The position numbers were made by a program, and so were the translations under genes. DNA of 64,000 bases, from positions 1 to 64,000 of the forward strand of contig JACPAV010000025.1 in assembly GCA_016180645.1 (NCBI GenBank), read 5' to 3'. Position 1 is the first letter of the stretch. Each line of letters starts with the position of its first letter. Under the pieces are notes generated by a model that saw nothing but the letters and a program-made list of their open reading frames with translations, ran no database searches and had not been told where the DNA came from. This document shows positions 8,869 to 17,856 of this stretch, piece after piece. This DNA is from Nitrospirota bacterium. GTDB lineage: Bacteria > JACPQY01.

Positions 8869-11856
8869 ATGGGCATGGCACGGCAGGTAGTCATCGACAA
8901 CCCGATTCTGAATTCACCTTATGAGGAACCGTGCCGACATTTTCGATTCACCGACGAGGGGATCAGCAGTGAAATCGTAGAGTCCCGCCGGGTAAGCTCC
9001 TATTTCGTACCGATTCCCCGGCCAAAGAAACGGGGGAAACAGCTCTCCTTCGAGACGGAATGGACCCAAGATCGAATCGAGGAGAATAGGTTCATAAACC
9101 GTGTTCGCGAGCGGGTCCGGATCTGGCGCGGCGGGGGCCACATGGGGGTAACCAGAACCAGCACCGAACTTCTTCAATACTGGCGGCGTCAGGAAAGAAT
9201 CCGTCGGTTGTTTTTCTGTCAAATCGAAGCCATTGAGACCGCTATCTACGTGATGGAGGTAGCGGGGAGATACGGAGATGCCTGGATAGAGAACGAACTC
9301 CAGGAACAGAATCGACTTTCGAATCCGCTTCTCCACCGGATGGCATTCAAGATGGCGACCGGCAGCGGCAAGACCGTCCTCATGGCGATGCTGATTGCGT
9401 GGCACGTTCTGAACAAAGTTTCCAACCCGCAGGACAGTCGTTTTTCCGACACGTTCCTGGTCGTGACGCCCGGGATCACCATCCGCGACCGACTGCGCGT
9501 GCTCCTGCCCAGCGACCCCAGCAATTATTACCGTGAACACGATCTCGTGCCCATCGGACTCATGGACACCTTGGGCCGAGCGAAGATCATCATTACCAAT
9601 TTTCATGCCCTCAAGCCCCGCGCATTGGTAGAGGCGGGAAAGCTCACAAGAAGTATTCTGCTGCGAAACAACGGCGATGCGTTCACGGAAACTCCTGATC
9701 AAATGGTTCGTCGAGTCTGTCGGGAACTGGGCAACAAGAAAAACATTGTTGTTCTGAACGACGAGGCCCATCACTGCTACAGACGAAAGCCCGATGGTGA
9801 AGGTGAGCAACTCTCAGGCGAAGAGCGCCGCGAAGCCGAGAAAAGGGAGGAAGAAGCCCGGATCTGGATCTCGGGTCTTGAAGCCGTGAAAGCCAAGATC
9901 GGTTTGAAGGTCGTCTACGACCTCTCGGCCACCCCCTTCTTCCTTCGGGGATCTAGCTATCCGGAAGGCACGCTCTACCCGTGGGTGATATCCGACTTTT
10001 CGCTCATCGATGCCATCGAATCCGGTATCGTAAAAGTTCCACGGGTACCGGTGGCGGACGACTCCATGACGGGCGACCAGCCGACTTATCGGGACCTGTG
10101 GTTCAGGATTCGGGATCAGTTGCCAAAGAAAGGCCGGGGACGGCAGGCGGTCGAAGGAGAACCCAACATCCCGACGGAACTCGAGGGTGCCTTGCAGAGT
10201 CTGTACGGGAACTATGAGAAGCGGTACAAACGATGGGAGGGAAGTGCGAATTCTCAGGGGGACGGACGGACGCCGCCCGTTTTCATTGTCGTCTGCAACA
10301 ACACGAATGTGTCCAAGCTGATCTATGACTACATCGCCGGTTGGGAAAAGAAACTTCCCGATGGATCCACGGTGGCTGTGCCCGGAAAGCTCCCCATATT
10401 CAGCAACGAATTGAATGGCCGATGGTCCGATCGCCCAAAGACAATCTTGATCGACAGTGAGGAGTTGGAGTCCGGAGACGCGCTCAGTCCGGAATTCAAG
10501 AAAATTGCCGCTCGTGAAATTGAGGAGTTCAAGTCCGAATATAGGCGCAGGTTTCCGGGGCGGGATGTCGATGCCTTGACCGAGCAGGATCTCCTGCGGG
10601 AGGTGATGAATACGGTAGGGAAGGCCGGAAAACTGGGCGAGCAGATCAGATGCGTCGTCTCCGTCTCCATGCTCACGGAAGGTTGGGATGCGAACACCGT
10701 CACGCATATTCTGGGCGTCCGTGCTTTTGGGACCCAGCTTCTTTGCGAGCAGGTGGTCGGTCGCGGCCTGCGCCGCATGAATTACACTCTGGACAACACA
10801 GGGAAATTCTCCCCGGAATACGCGGAAGTGTACGGTGTGCCTTTTTCATTCATTCCGTGCGCGGGGACAACCGAAGGCCCCACGGACACCCCTCAACCTA
10901 CACGAGTCAGGGCTCTTGAAGATCGGCTTGAACTTGAAATCACGTTCCCTCGACTTCTCGGTTACCGATATGACATTGAACGGGAGAGGATCTCCGCGCG
11001 CTTCACGGAAGAATCTCAGTTGGCGATATCTACAAAAGACATCCCTACGCGTACGGAGAACGCGCCAATCGTCGGAGAGACAACGCTTCACACACTCTAC
11101 GGGCTGAAAGAGAAGCGCGAGCAGGAAATTGACTTCAAGCTCGCACAACAGGTTCTGGAACGATACTTTCGTGATGAGGAGGGCCAACCGAAAATCTGGT
11201 GCTTTCCTGAACTGCTTCAGATTGCGCGCGAGTGGCGCCAAACCTGCCTGACCTGCAAGGACAATACGTTCCCCCAGATGCTGCTCCTGATCGAACCCGC
11301 CCACAACGCCTCAGAACGGATTTACCGTGCAATCGTGGCCACAGCCAATGGAAACAAGACATTGAAGCCCATTCTTCGGCCCTACGACACCGTCGGCTCA
11401 ACGCGCTATGTTGACTTCACGACCCTTCGGGACACCTACCTAACCAATCCCCGGAAGTCGCATGTCTCGCACGTGGTGCTGGACAGCGATTGGGAGGCAA
11501 AACTCGCGCAGAGTTTGGAAGACATGCCGGAAGTCGTCTGCTACGTCAAGAACGACACCCACCAGCCCGGTTTCAGTATTCCCTACACCTTGAGCGGGGA
11601 GGAGCATCCGTACATTCCGGACTTCGTGATCCGGTTTAGCGATGGACAGGGCGAAGGTGACCTTCTGAACCTTATCCTGGAAGTCACCGGCGAGCGGAAG
11701 AAGGACAAGGAAGCGAAGGTGTCCACCGCGAAGAACCTGTGGATTCCCGCCGTCAATAACCACGGAGGATATGGGCGCTGGGCGTTTATCGAGATTTCGG
11801 ATCCTTGGAACGCGCAGAATTTGATTCGGGCGGAAGTGAAATCGAGGCGCGGATGA
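8869..11856 (+). CDS. res: Type III-like restriction enzyme Res subunit (SF2 helicase + C-terminal nuclease; BPTD_3080-like)
   Basis: MATGSGKT, DEAHH, LSATP, SMLTEGWD, QVVGRGLRR; C-terminal YIPDF..ILEVTG. Confidence 0.92.
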   Translation: MGMARQVVIDNPILNSPYEEPCRHFRFTDEGISSEIVESRRVSSYFVPIPRPKKRGKQLSFETEWTQDRIEENRFINRVRERVRIWRGGGHMGVTRTSTELLQYWRRQERIRRLFFCQIEAIETAIYVMEVAGRYGDAWIENELQEQNRLSNPLLHRMAFKMATGSGKTVLMAMLIAWHVLNKVSNPQDSRFSDTFLVVTPGITIRDRLRVLLPSDPSNYYREHDLVPIGLMDTLGRAKIIITNFHALKPRALVEAGKLTRSILLRNNGDAFTETPDQMVRRVCRELGNKKNIVVLNDEAHHCYRRKPDGEGEQLSGEERREAEKREEEARIWISGLEAVKAKIGLKVVYDLSATPFFLRGSSYPEGTLYPWVISDFSLIDAIESGIVKVPRVPVADDSMTGDQPTYRDLWFRIRDQLPKKGRGRQAVEGEPNIPTELEGALQSLYGNYEKRYKRWEGSANSQGDGRTPPVFIVVCNNTNVSKLIYDYIAGWEKKLPDGSTVAVPGKLPIFSNELNGRWSDRPKTILIDSEELESGDALSPEFKKIAAREIEEFKSEYRRRFPGRDVDALTEQDLLREVMNTVGKAGKLGEQIRCVVSVSMLTEGWDANTVTHILGVRAFGTQLLCEQVVGRGLRRMNYTLDNTGKFSPEYAEVYGVPFSFIPCAGTTEGPTDTPQPTRVRALEDRLELEITFPRLLGYRYDIERERISARFTEESQLAISTKDIPTRTENAPIVGETTLHTLYGLKEKREQEIDFKLAQQVLERYFRDEEGQPKIWCFPELLQIAREWRQTCLTCKDNTFPQMLLLIEPAHNASERIYRAIVATANGNKTLKPILRPYDTVGSTRYVDFTTLRDTYLTNPRKSHVSHVVLDSDWEAKLAQSLEDMPEVVCYVKNDTHQPGFSIPYTLSGEEHPYIPDFVIRFSDGQGEGDLLNLILEVTGERKKDKEAKVSTAKNLWIPAVNNHGGYGRWAFIEISDPWNAQNLIRAEVKSRRG

Positions 11857-12686
11857 GATCGTTTTCGTTCGACGAAATCGGGTACTGGACTGAAATCAAG
11901 CTCGAAATCATTCGAAAGTATGCCGTAGAGTATTCCAAGATTCTGGCCGCTCAACGACCGATTCGGCGGCACGTCTACATAGATGCCTTTGCGGGGGCGG
12001 GACACCACATGTCGAAACGATCCGGCCGGCTTGTTGCCGGTAGCCCGCTTAATGCACTCGACATTCAACCCCCTTTCAGCGAGTTACATTTCATTGACCT
12101 CCACGGCGGAAAGGCTGGTGCTCTCCGGAAACTGGCGGGTGATCGGAATGACGTTTTCGTGCACGAGGAGGACGCGAACACGGTTCTTTTGAGGGATTGT
12201 TTCAGGCGATGTCGGTTCGAGGACTACAGCCGGGGGCTGTGCATTCTCGACCCGTATAGCATTGCCGTAGATTGGAAGATCCTCGCGACGGCGGGCAAGA
12301 TGAAATCGGTTGAAGTGTTCTACAGTTTCATGATCATGGATGCGAACATGAACGTCCTGTGGACAAATCCCGATAAGGTTGCCAAGAATCAGGCGATCCG
12401 GCTGGATGCGGTGTGGGGCGACCGATCTTGGCGTTCGGTCGCCTATCCCAAATCCCGTGGCCTATTCGGGGAGATGGAGGAGAAAGCGGGAAATGAAGAA
12501 ATAGCTGAGGCATTCAGGAAACGCTTGATTGATGTAGCCGGTTTCAAATTCGCACCGAAACCCATGCCAATGCGAAACAGCAAGGGAGCCGTGGTTTACT
12601 ACCTTTACTTTGCCTCCCCAAACAGGACAGGGGCCAAAATCGTGAAGAGCATCTTTGATAAGTACCGGTCGATGGGCATCCGCTGA
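11853..12686 (+). CDS. tcmP: Three-Cys-motif partner protein (SAM-dependent methyltransferase-like)
   Basis: WTEIKL, YIDAFAGAG, GSPL.AL and LDPY motifs; ATGA-coupled to res and adjacent to the DUF5131 gene. Confidence 0.85.
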   Translation: MRSFSFDEIGYWTEIKLEIIRKYAVEYSKILAAQRPIRRHVYIDAFAGAGHHMSKRSGRLVAGSPLNALDIQPPFSELHFIDLHGGKAGALRKLAGDRNDVFVHEEDANTVLLRDCFRRCRFEDYSRGLCILDPYSIAVDWKILATAGKMKSVEVFYSFMIMDANMNVLWTNPDKVAKNQAIRLDAVWGDRSWRSVAYPKSRGLFGEMEEKAGNEEIAEAFRKRLIDVAGFKFAPKPMPMRNSKGAVVYYLYFASPNRTGAKIVKSIFDKYRSMGIR

Positions 12687-13438
12687 TGGCCACCAAATCC
12701 TCAATCGAATGGACGGAATCGACGTGGAACCCCCTCACGGGGTGCAGCAAGACGAGTCCAGGATGCGACAATTGCTACGCGGAGCGGATGGCGCGGCGAC
12801 TTCACGCGATGGGGCAGCCGCATTACGCGAAGGGATTCGAACTTTCGCTCCACGAGGACGCCCTGGGATTGCCGCTCCGATGGAAAATGCCACAAACGAT
12901 CTTCGTCAATTCGATGAGCGATCTCTTCCACCAGGACGTACCCGTCGCGTTCATCCAGAAAGTGTTTGACGCGATGCGACGGGCTTCTTGGCACCGGTTT
13001 CAAATCCTGACGAAACGGTCCCGCAGGCTCTTGGAGTTGAGTCCCGATCTACCTTGGTCGCCCAACATCTGGATGGGCGTGAGCGTCGAGAAATCCAGTT
13101 ACGGCTTCAGAGTCGATCACCTGCGTCGGACTGGGGCACACACCAAATTCCTCTCGTTGGAACCGCTTCTTGGCCCGTTTCCAGCTCTTGATTTGGAGGC
13201 CATCGACTGGGTGATTGTGGGTGGAGAGTCGGGGCCGGGGGCACGGCCAATGGACCCGGCTTGGGTTATCGAAGTCCGCGATCAATGCCGTGCGTCCGGC
13301 GTGGCATTTTTCTTCAAGCAGTGGGGAGGTGTCTGGAAGAAGAAGACCGGTCGCCTGCTCGAAGGCAGAACATGGGACGAAATGCCCAGGGTCCACATGC
13401 CTCCAATCGATACAGGGCGTGAATTCGCATGGGCGTGA
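12686..13438 (+). CDS. DUF5131 / phage Gp37-Gp68 family radical-SAM-like protein
   Basis: SIEWTESTWNP.TGCSKTSPGCDNCYA, IFVNSMSDLFH, FLSLEPLLG, WVIVGGESG, FFKQWGG. Confidence 0.92.
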   Translation: MATKSSIEWTESTWNPLTGCSKTSPGCDNCYAERMARRLHAMGQPHYAKGFELSLHEDALGLPLRWKMPQTIFVNSMSDLFHQDVPVAFIQKVFDAMRRASWHRFQILTKRSRRLLELSPDLPWSPNIWMGVSVEKSSYGFRVDHLRRTGAHTKFLSLEPLLGPFPALDLEAIDWVIVGGESGPGARPMDPAWVIEVRDQCRASGVAFFFKQWGGVWKKKTGRLLEGRTWDEMPRVHMPPIDTGREFAWA

Positions 13439-13451
13439 CGGAAGATTCTCT

Positions 13452-16067
13452 TTGAAACAGAAGAAACACAAACCTTCCACCTACGTCGCATCCGTCCGCC
13501 ACAAGGACAAGCGGGCGAATATCCCGACGAAAGAACTGCGGGACTTCGTCAAGGAGGACGAGGAAAAGCCAAAGAAGGTACTGTATCCCCGCGACCCGTC
13601 CCTCGATCCTCAGTTGGTTTGGAAGGGGAAGGACGAGCAGGATCAGCACCCGCTGGAGGTTCCGGCTGTTCCCATATACATCCAGGAGAAGATCCACCCG
13701 CAGGCCATCATCGAGCAGGTGCGCGCCGAGGCGCGGAAGGACGCGCCGGGCCAGGCGGAACTTTTCGCGGATTTCAACGGGATCAAGTTCGAGGATTTGG
13801 TGGACTTCTACCGGCACAAGGACGGTGTCAACTGGGCCAACCGAATGATTCTTGGTGATTCTCTTCTGGTAATGACCTCCCTCGCCGAAAAGGAGGGACT
13901 GAAGGGCAAGGTGCAGTGTATCTACTTCGATCCTCCCTACGGGATCAATTTCGGCTCGAACTGGCAGGTCTCCACCCGCAAACGCGACGTCAAAGACGGG
14001 AAAGCCGAGGACACCACCCGCCAGCCCGAACAAATCCGGGCCTTCCGCGACACATGGAAACTCGGCATCCATTCCTATCTCGCCTACCTCCGCGACCGGC
14101 TCACCGCCGCCCGCGAACTCCTCACCGAAAGCGGCAGCATCTTCGTCCAAATCGGTGATGAAAACGTCCACCTCGTGCGCTGCGTGATGGACGAAGTGTT
14201 TGGAAGCGAGAATGCAGTAGTATCCATCATCGTTAAGAAGAAAGGAGCGACGACTGAAACCGACCCAGTTAATGATTTCCTGCTCTGGTTTGCCAAAGAT
14301 CGTGAGCATCTAAGGACGAGACGGCTCTTTCTGGACCGGCCAACGCCAGAGGACGACACCAAGTTCAACACGTTGATCTCACCAAAAGGAAAGCACGTTC
14401 GCGTAAAGGACTGCGAGGAAGGCGAGGTCGCGACACTCTTAGCAGAGGGTTACAAATGGGCGCGAGTAAATTGGCCGCTTGTTAGCCAAGATCCAAGTCC
14501 TCGCAGTCAAGACTTCGTCTGGAACGGTAAGCGGTTTCAATGCGGCAAAACCCGTCACTGGACATACGACCCAGAAACACAAATGGAGCGTCTCGCAATT
14601 GCAGATCGTTTGTTTGACGGCGGAGGCGAATCGCTTGGCGGTGTTGTCTATTGGGATGACTGGCCATTTATTGCGTCTTCAAACATTTGGGAAGATGTAA
14701 AAGGTGAGGAAGAAGCCATTTACGTTGTTCAAACATCTCGCAAGATTATTGAGCGTTGCCTTCTCGTTACGACCGACCCCGGCGACCTGGTGCTCGACCC
14801 GACGTGCGGCAGCGGCACGACGGCGTATGTGGCGGAGCAGTGGGGACGGCGCTGGATCACGATCGACACCAGCCGCGTCGCCATCGCGCTGGCGCGCACC
14901 CGCCTGATGGCCGCCAAGTATCCGTATTTCCTCCTTTCCGATTCGCCCGAAGGTATCAGAAGAGAGGCGGAGTTGACCGGCAAAGTCCCACTGGAATACA
15001 AAACGGAGAACGACATCAAGAAGGGCTTTGTCTACAAGCGCGTCCCGCACGTCACGCTCAAGTCCATCGCCAACAATCCCGACATCAAAGAGGGGATGAC
15101 TCGCGAGCAGATAGACGCCACCATCGCCCGCCACGCCGAGACCGAATACCTCTACGACCAGCCTTACGAAGACGGCAAACGCATCCGCGTCACCGGCCCG
15201 TTCACGGTCGAAAGCCTGTCACCGCATCGCGTCCTCGCCACCGACACCGAACGCCCGACCTCCGAAGTCGCCGGGCGGAAAGACAGCTCCGTCGGCCAGT
15301 TCGAACCGATGATCATCGAAAATCTGGGAAAGGCAGGCGTACAGAACCGCGTAAAAAATGAGCGGCTGACTTTCGACCGCCTTGAACCCTTCGCCGGAAC
15401 ATGGCTTCACGCGGTGGGCGAATACGCTGAGAATGGGAAGCGTCGCCGCGTAGCCGTCTCCATCGGACCGGAGCACGGTACGGTTGGGCCGGAGCAGGTG
15501 AAGGAAGCTGCCAAGGAGGCCGTTCAAGGCGTGGGGTATGATTTGCTGGTCGTATGCGGCTTTGCTTTCGACCCCCATGTTTCTGAAGAAGCAAAACGTT
15601 ATGGCAAACTCACTGTCCTGACCGCACGCATGAATCCCGACCTCGCCATGGGTGACGAACTATTGAAGAAGACAGGTGCCGGCAACCTTTTCATGGTTTT
15701 CGGTGAACCGGATCTCGACGTCACCAAGAAGGACGACAAGGTCATCGTGACCATCAAGGGGCTGGATGTTTACGACCCGACCACGGGTCAGATTCGAAGC
15801 AACTCTACGGCCGACATCGCCTGCTGGTTCATCGACACGAACTACAACGGCGAGAGCTTCTTCGTACGCCACGCCTATTTCACCGGTGCGGGTGAACCCT
15901 ACGACAAGTTGAAGCGGGCCTTGCGTGCCGACATCGACGAATCCGCTTGGACCGCCCTCTATCGCACCGTGAGTCTCCCGTTCGAGAAACCGAAAACCGG
16001 CAAGATCGCCATCAAAGTCATCAACCACTACGGCGACGAAGTCCTGAAGTTGTTTCCTCTGAAATGA
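13452..16067 (+). CDS. mod: Type III-like adenine DNA methyltransferase (Mod)
   Basis: IYFDPPY catalytic motif and VLDPTCGSGTT SAM-binding motif; start approximate (TTG 13452). Confidence 0.9.
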   Translation: MKQKKHKPSTYVASVRHKDKRANIPTKELRDFVKEDEEKPKKVLYPRDPSLDPQLVWKGKDEQDQHPLEVPAVPIYIQEKIHPQAIIEQVRAEARKDAPGQAELFADFNGIKFEDLVDFYRHKDGVNWANRMILGDSLLVMTSLAEKEGLKGKVQCIYFDPPYGINFGSNWQVSTRKRDVKDGKAEDTTRQPEQIRAFRDTWKLGIHSYLAYLRDRLTAARELLTESGSIFVQIGDENVHLVRCVMDEVFGSENAVVSIIVKKKGATTETDPVNDFLLWFAKDREHLRTRRLFLDRPTPEDDTKFNTLISPKGKHVRVKDCEEGEVATLLAEGYKWARVNWPLVSQDPSPRSQDFVWNGKRFQCGKTRHWTYDPETQMERLAIADRLFDGGGESLGGVVYWDDWPFIASSNIWEDVKGEEEAIYVVQTSRKIIERCLLVTTDPGDLVLDPTCGSGTTAYVAEQWGRRWITIDTSRVAIALARTRLMAAKYPYFLLSDSPEGIRREAELTGKVPLEYKTENDIKKGFVYKRVPHVTLKSIANNPDIKEGMTREQIDATIARHAETEYLYDQPYEDGKRIRVTGPFTVESLSPHRVLATDTERPTSEVAGRKDSSVGQFEPMIIENLGKAGVQNRVKNERLTFDRLEPFAGTWLHAVGEYAENGKRRRVAVSIGPEHGTVGPEQVKEAAKEAVQGVGYDLLVVCGFAFDPHVSEEAKRYGKLTVLTARMNPDLAMGDELLKKTGAGNLFMVFGEPDLDVTKKDDKVIVTIKGLDVYDPTTGQIRSNSTADIACWFIDTNYNGESFFVRHAYFTGAGEPYDKLKRALRADIDESAWTALYRTVSLPFEKPKTGKIAIKVINHYGDEVLKLFPLK

Positions 16068-16083
16068 ACCGAAGCCGTTTCTT

Positions 16084-16839
16084 ATGGCGAAATCATTGCT
16101 CGACATAGCCCCCGAGCCGAAAGCCATATTCGACGTGACGCCCGAAGAACTGGCGGGAGTCGTGCTGGAATATTTGAATTCCCTGTCTGATAACGAGCGT
16201 GGGCAACTCAACCGGAACAATTTCAGTTTGCATGTCCAAGACACCTACAGGCGAGTCTCTCGCAATCTCGAACCGAAGATTTCCGAGGCGTACATGGAAG
16301 CATGGGTGTGGCTGGAACGGGAAGGAATGATCGCTCCGACCCCAGGCCGACAGGGAGAATGGGTTTTCTTAACGCGGAAGGGCCGACAATATCAGAACCC
16401 GACAGACCTCTCAGCCTACCGGATCGCAGCCTCGCTCCCGAGGGAGATGCTCCATTCCCTTGTTGCAGAAAAAGCGTGGCCCCTGTTCATGAGGGCCGAA
16501 TATGACACCGCCGTTTTCCAAGCGTTCAAGGAAGTGGAAGTAGCGGTGAGAAAGGCAGGTGGCTTTGCCCTAACCGATATTGGGGTGGACCTAATGCGAA
16601 AGGCATTCAACCCAACGGATGGGCCATTCGCCGATCACTCGCGACCTGCCCCCGAGCGGGAGGCTGTGGCGCATTTGTTTGCCGGATCCATCGGTTTGTT
16701 CAAGAACCCTCACAGCCATCGAAACGAACCGATCACAAATGTCCAGGAGGCATTTGAAATGCTGGTAATTGCCGGCCACCTCCTGCGGATTCTTGATTCT
16801 CGCTCAGAGTCACCAAAGGCAGGGCCTCGTGGCTCGTGA
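16084..16839 (+). CDS. TIGR02391-like protein (defence-island associated)
   Basis: AVFQAFKEVEVAVR, G..LMRKAF and LFAGSIGLFKNPHSH motifs. Confidence 0.8.
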   Translation: MAKSLLDIAPEPKAIFDVTPEELAGVVLEYLNSLSDNERGQLNRNNFSLHVQDTYRRVSRNLEPKISEAYMEAWVWLEREGMIAPTPGRQGEWVFLTRKGRQYQNPTDLSAYRIAASLPREMLHSLVAEKAWPLFMRAEYDTAVFQAFKEVEVAVRKAGGFALTDIGVDLMRKAFNPTDGPFADHSRPAPEREAVAHLFAGSIGLFKNPHSHRNEPITNVQEAFEMLVIAGHLLRILDSRSESPKAGPRGS

Positions 16840-16945
16840 CAGAAACCACACGTAGCAATCCGTTTCAGGCGCATCCACCATGCTGATACGGTTGCTGACG
16901 CAAATCGCTCTACTCGCGAGTCCAATGCAGTTGTGGGGCTGGGGC

Positions 16946-17461
16946 TCAGGACAGGAGCTTGGAAACGGCGACGAGGAGTACAAGCTGAACGACCCACCCG
17001 ACGGCGCAGACGGCCACGGCCCGAAGGGTGCTCGTGTAGTCGAGCGCCTGACGGACGGCGATGACCATGCTCGCCAGCATCCAGATGCCGGCGACGAAAA
17101 ACACGATGGACTGGACTCCGGGGATGACACCCAGCACCCGGATTGCTCCGGGTGCGCTTGAGAAGCCGATCGTTCGCAGGAGTTCACCGACGTCCGACTG
17201 GGTCTGAGGGCTTGGCAGGATCTTGGTGCCTATGACGTAGGTGAGGAGGGCCCAGACAAACCAGCTACCCACGGCGACGATCGAGCCGATGAGAATCCCG
17301 GTGGTCCCCACAGCCGAGATGGACCCGATGGCTGCGGCGATGGCTGAAAGCGCGACGACGACGAGCGCCTGGCCTGTGGCGCTCTTGTCGGCTTCGACTT
17401 CTTCGTAGAGAGCGGCTTCGAGTTTGGCGGCTCGAAGCATGCGCGGGAACAGATTCGACAT
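16946..17461 (-). CDS. Yip1-family membrane protein
   Basis: YEEVEAD..ATGQA, LLRTIGFSSAPG, AVRQALDY; about five hydrophobic segments. Confidence 0.8.
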   Translation of the reverse strand: MSNLFPRMLRAAKLEAALYEEVEADKSATGQALVVVALSAIAAAIGSISAVGTTGILIGSIVAVGSWFVWALLTYVIGTKILPSPQTQSDVGELLRTIGFSSAPGAIRVLGVIPGVQSIVFFVAGIWMLASMVIAVRQALDYTSTLRAVAVCAVGWVVQLVLLVAVSKLLS

Positions 17462-17638
17462 GTCGCGTCACGCTATCAGATCGGTGGAGGATACTCAATT
17501 TGAAGTCTACCGGGAGCCTTTTTCACGGTTTAGAATGACAGACCTTCCCACAGGGCTTTCCCTGCCCCCGCCGCCCGGTTCCTTAGGGTGGTAGGCAGGG
17601 CGCGGTACGGGGACGGTTCCGCAGTCACGGATTGTCGT

Positions 17639-17739
17639 CCCCTCCGCTCCGCTGCACGGACGACTCCCTTCGGGGGCGGCGGGCGGAAGGGCATGGGGAT
17701 CAGCGCCGCGAGATGAAGAATCATGGGGGCCTTGCGTCG
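17639..17739 (+). repeat. Repeat A with a nested ~45-bp insertion
   Basis: Same insert as in the 3033 copy. Confidence 0.85.
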
Positions 17740-17742
17740 CCG

Positions 17743-17764
17743 GTTTGTTTCACCTGAAACAAAC
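17743..17764. promoter_or_regulatory. parS-like palindrome
   Basis: gttTGTTTCACCTGAAACAaac. Confidence 0.55.
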
Positions 17765-17856
17765 GCGGAGGAATCGCGGGTGGGTGTGCGTGAATGTGTG
17801 CATGATTTCGCCTCTATAACGGGGTGCCGTGGCATGGACTTGCGAGAAGAGGGGGC

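Noticed and set aside
13215-13451. N-terminal extension of Mod in the ORF track (likewise 35690-35965, 37915-38628, 57334-57756)
   Set aside because: These overlap neighbouring genes; signal peptides or family motifs begin further downstream.
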